Assembly: GCA_963674945.2 (NCBI GenBank)
Contig: CAXXWQ010000003.1
Location: forward strand, 1,120,001 to 1,184,000
Length of the DNA stretch: 64,000 bases
Direction: 5' to 3'
DNA from: an uncultured Desulfosarcina sp.
Lineage (GTDB): Bacteria; Desulfobacterota; Desulfobacteria; Desulfobacterales; Desulfosarcinaceae
Shown: piece after piece, positions 49,347 through 57,923 of the stretch
Numbering within the stretch: position 1 is the first letter of the stretch
How the letters are laid out: each line of letters opens with the position of its first letter
The notes under the pieces: generated by a model
Told to the model about the DNA's origin: nothing
The model's database searches: none
The model's input: the letters and a program-made list of their open reading frames with translations, nothing else
Translations under genes and position numbers: made by a program

Positions 49347-52300
49347 TTACTTCGGGTCCGGTTCCACGGGCCGCTCAAAGGTTGCGAACTTGATCGGCCG
49401 GCCCTCTTCGTCCGCCAAGGTCGATGCATACACCCGGACGGTCATGGGGTCGCCGCCCTTGGGGATCCGGATCACATGGAACGGCGCCACGGTTTCACCC
49501 CGCTGGAGCCGACGGGCCACAGCCGCATAGTCGTGGCGATCCTTTTCGGCCGTCATCTCGGAAATATGCATTCGTGTGGCCTCCGCTTCCGTCCATCCGT
49601 AACAGGTTTCGGCGGTGCGGTTCCATGCCAGGACATTCCCGTCGAAATCCTGCATCGTGACGGCGTCGGTGGCGTTTTCGAATACCGCCGAGATCTGGCG
49701 CAGCATGTTCAGTTTGCGCAGATCGGTGATGTCGATAAATGCGATGGTCACCCCGTCGATGACGTTGTCTCCCGTCCGATAGGGAAAAAGGCGCATCTCG
49801 TACCACCGTTCCTTTTTGTCCTGGATTTCCAGCTTTTTCCGTTCCAGCCGCTCGATCACCTGAACCGCCAGGCCATGAATGTCGATGCCCTGGAAATGGG
49901 TCGTAATGTCACTGATGGGCCGCCCGATGTCCAGGGGGCGAAGGTTGATGATACGGGTGACCGCCGGGGTGAAGCGCCGGACACACAGGTTCAGGTTCAA
50001 AAAAAGCGTGGCGATCTCCGTGCTCTCCAAAAGATTGTTGATGTCATTGTAGGATTTGTTCAGTTCGTCGATTTTCTGCTGGTGCTCGGAGTTGACGGTC
50101 ACCAGTTCCTCGTTGGTGGACTGCAGCTCTTCCCGGGAGGTTTCCAGCTCTTCGTTGGCGCTCTGCAGTTCCTCGTTGACGGACTGCAGCTCCTCATTGG
50201 TGGCCTTGTACTCCTCGTTGGAGGTCTCCAGCTCTTCGATGGATGACTGCAAGTACTCCTTGGTGGACTTGAGTTCCTCCTCCAGCCGTTGGATTTCCTT
50301 ATGGCCCCCAGCGCTCTTGCCGGAGGTTACGGAAACGACATCTTTTTTCCCTTGTCCGTTTATGGTCTCGAAGAGAACGATCATCACCTCCATCCCGGCG
50401 ATTTTTTCCGGCATCGGCCGGATGATGATCCTTGTTCGGATCAAGCCCTGGGGTGACTTTACGGATACATCCTCGATGCGCTGCAGTTCCCTGGTCCTTA
50501 AAGCAGCGTTGAGAACACGGGTCAGTTTAAAGGAGATGCCTTCGCGGGCCATCTGCAAAAGGTTGAAGATGGCCTTTCCCCGCGGCATTTTCAAAAACCG
50601 ATCGGTATGGCCGAAAAAGTGCAGGATATTGAAATTCCGGTCGATGAGTACCCCGGGGGGAGCGTAATCCTCCAGGATGATGCGTTCCGCAACGCCGAAT
50701 ATTTCCGGACCCGCTGTCTTCCCGCGCTTGTCGTTTCCCGGATGGTATTCCCGCTGGCCCACGAAGGTCGACAGATGGTCCATGCTGTAAGGTTCCACCG
50801 GCAGCATCTCTTCGTGCCTGAAGATCTTGTGCTTCACGGAAACCGAAGTGAAATGATTCCCGAATGCGCCGATGGTTTCCGACGGCCCCAGAAACAGTTA
50901 CCCGCCGGGTTTCAGGGCATAGTGAAACATGGGCAGGACCATTTTTTGCAGTTCCGGCTTGAGGTAGATCAAAAGATTGCGGCAGCAGATCAGGTCGATT
51001 TTGGAAAACGGAGGATCCTTGATCAGGTTGTGGATGGAAAAAACGATGTTGTCACGGATGCTTTTCTTGATCTTGAAGGCATCATCCCCGCGATCGAAAT
51101 AGCGCGCCAGCCGCTGAACCGATACATCGGCGGTGATGTTGGACAGATAGATACCGTGACGTGCCACATCGATGGCATCGGCATCGATGTCGCTGGCGAA
51201 GATCTGCACCGGCAAAGCGGTGCCTGCGCGCTCCATGGCCTCGGCCAGCAGGATCGCTACGGAATATGCCTCTTCACCGCTGGAGCATCCGGCCACCCAC
51301 ACGCGGATGGCGTCGCCGCTTTTCCGGGAATGGATCAGGGGAAGCAGCGCTTTTTCCGCAAGGGTTTCAAAGGCCTCGGCATCCCTGAAAAAGTTGGTCA
51401 CGCCGATGAGCATGTCTTTGAGCAGGCGGGCCGGTTCGGCCGGATCACGCGCCACGATCTTCACGTAGTCGCCCAGCCGGTCGATCTGATGAACCGCCAT
51501 GCGACGGCCGATGCGGCGGCGGATGGTGGTGGCTTTGTAGTTGGAGAAATCGTGGCCGGTTTTGCTCCGCAGAATGGAAAAGATTCGCTTCAGCTGGCTT
51601 TCCTGTTCCCCATTCTCAACATCCGGCATCGTGGGCTTCTTGAGGTAGGGATGCTTGAGGATGGCATCGATCTTGGCGGGGATCTCTTCCGCGGGCAGGA
51701 TAAAATCGACCATGTGCGTGGCGATGGCGCTGTCCGGCATGCTCGGGTACTGGGCGTTGGCCGGCACCTGGGCAAAGGTCAAACCACCCTCGGCCTTTAT
51801 GGCTTTTATCCCCTGGGCGCCGTCACTGGCGGAACCGGACAGAATCACTCCGATGGCCTTCTCCTTCTTGGCCTCGGCCAAAGAGTGGAAAAAATGGTCG
51901 ATGGGGAGAAAGATGCCGGCGGGGGTGCGGTCCGATGTCAACCGGAAGCGGTCGTTCACCAGGGAGACATACTTTTCGGGAGGGTTCAGGTAAATAGCGC
52001 CCGGCTTGATCTTCAGGTTGCCTTTGATCTGCAGGATGGGCAGGCTGGTGGTGGGCGACAGAAGCTGGTCCATGGCGCTTTTGTATCGCGGGCTGAGGTG
52101 CTGGATCACCACGAAGGTGAGACGGCACCCGGCGGGAAGATGTGAAAACAGTTGTTTCAGGGCCTCCAATCCGCCTGCCGATGCACCGATGCCTACAACA
52201 ATTGTATCCTCCTTTGCCTTCGGCTCCGCCTCTTTCCCGGATGTCGACTCGTCAGGCCGCGCATCGGACGTCTTTTCGGTTTTCGGATGCCGTCCCTTTT

Positions 52301-52385
52301 CTTTGGAATCTTTTTTTTGCCCTCTCTTCGGCTTTGGCCCGGCTTTCGGCAATGATTTGTCGGGTGTTTTTTTGGTTCTTTCCAT
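49347..52385 (-). pseudogene. CheB/CheR fusion with PAS domains, split by an in-frame TAA at 50898-50900
   Basis: CheB (GASAGG, QHLSP, SDG), CheR (IGVTNFFRD, AGCSSGEEAYS, CRNLLIY), ALKPGG-stop-LFLGPSETIG continuing in frame into the ELQSxNEE coiled coil and PAS. Confidence 0.9.
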
Positions 52386-52601
52386 CGAGATTCCTTGTAT
52401 ACCCCACGAATCCGCCGGTTGATGGACGTTTGCCGTCACCTGCCGCTGGGAATCTACCTTTTATTAACTGCGGGTGATCGCCGGTGAAGTATCGGTTTGG
52501 AATTGATCAGTGCCCCTATTCAAATAGCCGCGAGGTGCGTTATGAAATGACACCTTAAAAAAAAATTATATTTACATCCGATTGATTGTGTCAACGATAA
52601 T

Positions 52602-52651
52602 ATTGCGATTTTTACTCATTTTATTCGTCAAAAATGAGTAAAAATCGCCAT
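52602..52651. promoter_or_regulatory. Tandem 18-bp palindromic regulator boxes in a divergent promoter region
   Basis: ATTGCGA-TTTT-TACTCAT and ATGAGTA-AAAA-TCGCCAT, 32 bp apart; together they form an 18-bp perfect inverted repeat (52605-52648). Confidence 0.65.
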
Positions 52652-52764
52652 TTTCATTTCAGATGGGTTTCAGTAAAATAAACACGATCAAACGGCATCA
52701 TGACCATTTGATCCCCTGTAAGGGGTAGGTACACGAGTAAGGCCCAGGTTCGAAAGGAAAGGCG

Positions 52765-53187
52765 ATGAAAAAACGTGTTGGAATATGGATCGATGCAAAA
52801 GAGGCGCTGATCGTTACCCTCGGCGGTCCGGAAGATGCGCCCGTTTTCGAGGAAGTCCAATCGGATGTGGAGCGATATGTTCGACTTTCCGGTGGTTCGC
52901 GGACGAAGCGAACCCCGTGGGGACCGCAAAATATTTCCTCGGACAGTAAAATGCAGGCGCGCCACCAGCAGCAGCTGCGACGATTCTATCAAGCGGTCAT
53001 CAAGGCTGTCGACGGCGCTTACAAAATCATGCTCATGGGTCCCGGCGAAGCCAAACTGGGGCTGAAAAAAGAGATCGACAAAAACATTCCCCTGTCGGAA
53101 TCGTTGGTTCATATGGAAACCTGCGATAAGATGACGCAAGGACAATTAGTGGCATACATCAAAAAATTTTTCTCATCCGTTCCTTAA
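52765..53187 (+). CDS. Hypothetical protein (eRF1 domain 2 / host-attachment-like)
   Basis: VGIWIDAKEALIV..RRFYQAVI..IMLMGPGEAK..TCDKMT..QLVA. Confidence 0.75.
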   Translation: MKKRVGIWIDAKEALIVTLGGPEDAPVFEEVQSDVERYVRLSGGSRTKRTPWGPQNISSDSKMQARHQQQLRRFYQAVIKAVDGAYKIMLMGPGEAKLGLKKEIDKNIPLSESLVHMETCDKMTQGQLVAYIKKFFSSVP

Positions 53188-53434
53188 AAAAGAGAAGTTT
53201 TCGTAAGGAGGACTCGTTGTATTCAGACCGGGTGCCTTGCACCCGGTACCAACCCGAACGATACGGCAATGGCGTGCTTTTGGATATCCGGGCTATGGAC
53301 GGATATCCAAGTCAACCGTTTTGCCGGTAGTCGCTGACGCTTTATGGGTAAAAGTACTCAAACAGTTTCGAATAAAGATGAGTTTCTTTCATAATACCGT
53401 TTGGCTATCTTTGGCCTGGAAAAACTTTTTAAAA

Positions 53435-54851
53435 TCAGTCCTGGGCAATGGTGAAGTAGATGGTTCCGCCTTCACGATCAATCAGAAGCAGCAGGACGCG
53501 ATCCCAGTTGTGCCGGTTGAAAATTTTCATAAATGTCTCCATATCGTACACCGCTTCCCGGTCGATTTCGATGACGACATCTCCCGGTTCCAGCCCGGAT
53601 TCGAAGGCTGGTGAATCTTCATCCACGTCGGTGACCAGGATACCGGTGAAACGCGTCAGGCCGACACTCTCCGCCACCTCCGGACTGATTGGCTGCAGTG
53701 TCATTCCCATGAGGGATACCGCATGCAAACTGGCTGCGGGGTCTTTCGTTTCAATCCGCTCTTCCGTGGTGATGGAAAAATGCAGGGGCTTGCCCAGACG
53801 CAGAACATCGATGGTCGCTTTCTTTCCAATGGGCATGGCAGTGGTCGAGACAGACAGGTCACGGGCATTTCGGACTTCCTGTCCATCGAAGCGGATCACC
53901 ACATCATCGCGCCGGATACCGGCTTTTTGTCCGGGTCCGTCCGTCAATACTTGGGAAACCAATGCGCCGCCGTCGCAATCGATACCAAACGCCTGCTTCA
54001 ACTCCGGCGTTATATCCTGGACCCGCACACCGAGCCATGAACGTCTCACCCTTCCCTTTCGCAGTTGCGGTAAAAGCTGTTTCGCCTGGTTGCTGGGAAT
54101 GGCGAAACTGATGCCTTGATTTCCCCCGGACTGGGAGAAAAAAGATGAATTGATGCCGACGACTTCGCCGGAAAGGTTGAGCAACGGACCGCCGCTGTTG
54201 CCAGGGTTGATGGATGCATCGGTTTGTATGAAGTTATCTTCTATTCCGAAACCGATTTGGCGATATTTTGCGCTGACGATACCGCAGGTAACCGTATCGC
54301 CCAATCCAAATGGATTGCCAATGGCCAACACCCAGTCGCCGACCTGCAGTTTGTCGGAATCGCCGAATGCCAGCGGAAGAAGTTTATCCCCGGCATGAAT
54401 CCGTATCAGGGCCGTGTCTGTCTGTGGGGTCCCGGCCCACGAGGGTGGCACTGTATCTGTGGCCGTTGCTGAGTCCAACGTCTATCTCTTCGGCGTCTTC
54501 CACAAGGTGGTTGGTGGTGAGGATAAAGCCGTCACGATCGATGATAAAGCCGGAACCGATCGTCCTCTTCGAATACGCTCTGGGAATCCCTTCCTTGAAC
54601 GAACGACCGGACATCTCGCCGGAAGTCTCCTGCATGTCGTACGGTGTACCGTCCTGATCGGATAGATCGACGGTTTTCTTGACCGCAATATTGACGACAC
54701 TGGCTCTGGTGGCGACAACCAGATTCGAAAAGGAAGTGAGCGCATGGTCCTCGGCAGTCCTGGTCCAGGCGCAAAGGATGAAAAAGAGTGTCGAAATCAG
54801 AGCGATGATAACGCTCTTGACCCTGCGACTGCCAACGAAATGAGAATTCAT
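53435..54851 (-). pseudogene. Do/DegQ family serine protease, frameshifted
   Basis: GSGFII..TNHLV in one frame; [29 protein letters not shown] and two PDZ domains in another; shift at GGGACCCCACAG near 54426-54432. Confidence 0.88.
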
Positions 54852-55035
54852 CACACATCTCCTGAAAAACACCTGCGAAAAAAATAAGATTGTCTAAAAG
54901 GTAACACCCGGATCCAGGAAGAAACTTGAAAGATTTTCCATGCATTCGATCATCCGCAACTTCATTGAGGACTTATTTGAAATGACGGCGATGGTGTTCA
55001 TTGCCCAATACAAAAACGTATGATTGATACGTTGG

Positions 55036-55500
55036 TTATCGGCAAAGCACTTTTTCAATCTTCTTTTTAATCATCTTTATGTTGAAGGGTTTCAAAAGAA
55101 ACCCGTCTATAATATTGGAGGCCTTCAACATATCCAAAACATCTTCGTCACAATTACCGGTCATGACGATGACCTTTGTTCCGAAATGGGTCTCCTTGAT
55201 CTGATCCGCCAGTTCATAGCCGTCTATGAACGGCATGTTATAATCGGTAATCACCAGATCGTATGGCCCCTTTTTCAGAAAATTGAGGGCCATCAGCCCG
55301 TCCATTGCGGTCGTTGTCTGGTAACCGATGCGTTGCATCATTTTGGAGACCATGCCAAGAACCATGGGATCGTCATCGACGATAAGGATTCGAGGGGTGT
55401 CGGAATAAACGACAACTTCCTCGGTCACCTGATCTGCCTCGCAGTCCAATGGCACTTGCGGTCGACCTTGCTGATGTTGCGAAAATGAGTGGATCACCAC
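55036..55500 (-). CDS. Single-domain response regulator
   Basis: ILIVDDD, ITDYNMP, MTG, KPF; AGGAGG RBS. Confidence 0.9.
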   Translation of the reverse strand: MVIHSFSQHQQGRPQVPLDCEADQVTEEVVVYSDTPRILIVDDDPMVLGMVSKMMQRIGYQTTTAMDGLMALNFLKKGPYDLVITDYNMPFIDGYELADQIKETHFGTKVIVMTGNCDEDVLDMLKASNIIDGFLLKPFNIKMIKKKIEKVLCR

Positions 55501-55545
55501 TTGTACACCTCCTTTTCCGTTTCCGGATATGGTGGAATCAACTCT

Positions 55546-56007
55546 TCATGGTCGTTGAAGCATCCAGGGCGGAGGTCCAGCCCACCGGACCTTTTCGATG
55601 GCCTCTTTCAGCGTTTCCAACCTGAACGGCTTGACAAGCAACCCGTCGACAATCGCAGAGTTCTCGATCATATCGGCGAAGGATTTTTTCATGTAAGTGG
55701 TCATGACGATCACCCGGGTCAACGAGTATTTCCTTTTGACATGAACCGCCAGCTGGTACCCATCCATGAGCGGCATTTGATAATCGGTGATCATCAATCG
55801 ATGATCCGCCTCGCTCAGGCGGTCGAGTGCATCCAGGCCGTTTGGTGCCGTAGTGGATCGATAGCCCAGCGACCGCACCATTCCGGCAATCATATCCAAA
55901 ATGTCATGATTGTCGTCAACGACAAGAATCCGATCGCCGCTGCTCACGGCATCGATGCAATCACTGTTTCTAATGGCGGTATCAACGACCGTTGACGTTT
56001 TCATCAC
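55546..56007 (-). CDS. Single-domain response regulator
   Basis: ILVVDDN, ITDYQMP, MTT, KPF; paralog of its neighbour. Confidence 0.9.
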   Translation of the reverse strand: MMKTSTVVDTAIRNSDCIDAVSSGDRILVVDDNHDILDMIAGMVRSLGYRSTTAPNGLDALDRLSEADHRLMITDYQMPLMDGYQLAVHVKRKYSLTRVIVMTTYMKKSFADMIENSAIVDGLLVKPFRLETLKEAIEKVRWAGPPPWMLQRP

Positions 56008-56239
56008 CCGTCATGTGGCGTCATTGAAATCCGTCGAGTTTTCTGTTTCTACCCAAATCATCATTGGCGTTGTTTTGTTTCCTTTTTCTGAAACCCTGTA
56101 ATCGGTCAAAGCGCCACTCAATCGGCGTCTTCTTTACTCGTTTTTAACCTGTCGCGGAACCTTGCCCGAAACCGTGAAAACACGTCGGGCGGGAGCAGTA
56201 AATATCGTTATCAATAGCGCATAAATATGGGGGGTAACA

Positions 56240-56356
56240 ATTGGTAATACTGCTCAAATTTACACGGCACGGTAGGTAAAACTACGCAGGCTGATTGTCG
56301 TCCCGAATCGGTAAAAGTGCTTATTCAACCCGTGAAAAATAGTCAGTTATACCGAT
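56240..56356. promoter_or_regulatory. Array of four 18-bp palindromic regulator boxes
   Basis: ATTGGTA-ATAC-TGCTCAA (56240), GTAGGTA-AAAC-TACGCAG (56272), ATCGGTA-AAAG-TGCTTAT (56307), ATAGTCA-GTTA-TACCGAT (56339). Confidence 0.6.
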
Positions 56357-56466
56357 TGTTATTATTTTTTATATCGATTAGAAGCATTTCGGGTTTGCGG
56401 TTCCATTTACCGCATTTTCCGAGCTACCTGTCAATGTTGCCAATTATTTAACCAGAAGAGGAGATC

Positions 56467-56814
56467 ATGACAATGATGACAAAAGATCGATTGGAAAGAG
56501 TATTGTTTATTATGGTTGGCCTTATCATGATCGGATCGTTCGTTAACGGGTGTGCCAGCACCTCCGAAATCGCAGTGCTCCAGGAGAAAGCCGATAAGGC
56601 GTTACAGCAGTCATCACAGGCGTTGGATGAGGCCAATCAATCCAAAGATATGATAACAGATGCCAATAATCGTTCTGAAATGGCGGCCGGCAGAGCCGAG
56701 ACGGCGGCCAGTCGTGCGGAAATGGCGGCCGACAGATCCGAAAAAGCGGCCAATCGTGCGGAAACGGCAGCCGACAAGGCGGAAGCGATTTTCATGCAGA
56801 AAATGAAGAAGTAG
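56467..56814 (+). CDS. Lpp/OprI-like alanine-zipper lipoprotein
   Basis: Lipobox VNG-C, heptad repeats (RAETAA, RSEMAA), C-terminal Lys (MKK); upstream of an L,D-transpeptidase. Confidence 0.85.
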   Translation: MTMMTKDRLERVLFIMVGLIMIGSFVNGCASTSEIAVLQEKADKALQQSSQALDEANQSKDMITDANNRSEMAAGRAETAASRAEMAADRSEKAANRAETAADKAEAIFMQKMKK

Positions 56815-56839
56815 TCATCGTCAGATCGCCGACGATGCA

Positions 56840-57796
56840 ATGGATACCGGTACGTTGAAAAGTAACACACGGATACTTACGAGAATCGCCGTGGTCTGTA
56901 TCGTGAAATTGCTCGTACCGTCCGTTGTGGTGCTATCGATGGCCGTCGATAATCATGCGTCGGATGAGACACTGTTTAGGGGGAGTGGCAACGCATTGAT
57001 ACCACTCCCCATCTATCTGATCGGCACAGAAAAACAGCATCGTGTCTCCCAGCAAGAGACACTGCTGGATATCGCCAGGAATTACCGTTTGGGCTTCAAT
57101 GAGATCGCTGATCTCTATCCGCAACTGGACCCCTGGTGCCCACCTCGCGGGCGTGTGCTTCGGATTCCCTCGGCCTGGATTCCGCCGGATGCAAAGCAGG
57201 CGGACATCGTGATCAACATCGCCGAATGCAGGCTCTACCTCTTTGATCGAAATGGACGGGCCACCGGAACGTTTCCCATCAGCATCGGCGGTCCTGAATC
57301 GCCGACGCCGGAAGGTGATTTCATTATCAAGACAAAGGCGTACCAACCAACCTGGACCGTGCCGCCATCCCTGACCCATAAATATCCCTTTTCCTCTTTA
57401 CCGCCGGGGCCTGGCAATCCCCTTGGTGATTACTGGCTGGGCCTTGAATCTCACTACGGCATTCACGGGACGAATTCTCCCTGGTCCATTGGCCGTGCCG
57501 TAACAAACGGATGCATCCGTCTTTACCCGGAGGATATCGCCGGCCTCTTCTCTTTGGTTTCCAGGGGAATGCGTGTACAAATCGTCTATGAACCGATCAA
57601 ATTCGCATGGATACAGGATCGTATCATTGTCGAGGTTCACCGTGATATCTATTCGAAGTTCCACAATTTCAAACAATATGGCGTTCAACGCCTCCAGCAA
57701 AAAGGACTTACAGGATTGGTCAGTATGCCAGAATATCTTCGCGCACTTGACCAAAAAAACGGCGCGATTGCCGATGTGAGTCTCTCGCCAAAATAA
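56840..57796 (+). CDS. L,D-transpeptidase (ErfK/YbiS-like)
   Basis: LysM-like ETLLDIAR, IVINIAECRLY, PTWTVP, GPGNPLG, YGIHGTN..IGRAVTNGCIRLYPEDI. Confidence 0.92.
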   Translation: MDTGTLKSNTRILTRIAVVCIVKLLVPSVVVLSMAVDNHASDETLFRGSGNALIPLPIYLIGTEKQHRVSQQETLLDIARNYRLGFNEIADLYPQLDPWCPPRGRVLRIPSAWIPPDAKQADIVINIAECRLYLFDRNGRATGTFPISIGGPESPTPEGDFIIKTKAYQPTWTVPPSLTHKYPFSSLPPGPGNPLGDYWLGLESHYGIHGTNSPWSIGRAVTNGCIRLYPEDIAGLFSLVSRGMRVQIVYEPIKFAWIQDRIIVEVHRDIYSKFHNFKQYGVQRLQQKGLTGLVSMPEYLRALDQKNGAIADVSLSPK

Positions 57797-57836
57797 GTTC
57801 AACGCATCGTCTCGTTCATCCGGAATTTTCCAAAAA

Positions 57837-57852
57837 TGGCATGTTGCTTGCT
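57837..57852 (+). promoter_or_regulatory. Sigma-54 (-24/-12) promoter
   Basis: TGGCATGTTGCTTGCT (GG-N10-GC) about 70 bp upstream of the dikinase-like gene. Confidence 0.7.
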
Positions 57853-57923
57853 GATTGATTGCAGAACAAATAAGATACAAAGCAATACCATTTATTCATC
57901 TTCAACTTTCGAGCGTTCGGGCG

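Noticed and set aside
50898..50900. Stop-codon recoding (Sec/Pyl) in the CheB/CheR gene
   Set aside because: The codon is TAA, not TGA or TAG, at a non-catalytic position.
37931..52145. ORFs 37931-39445 (-), 49209-50246 (+) and 50607-52145 (+)
   Set aside because: Antisense to the acyl-CoA synthetase and CheB/CheR genes.
54984..55030. GGCGATGGTGTTC as a fluoride riboswitch
   Set aside because: The pairing CGCC and downstream conserved segment are missing, and it is antisense to the neighbouring genes.
56660..56790. 21-bp periodic repeats
   Set aside because: Explained by the heptad coiled coil of the lipoprotein coding sequence.
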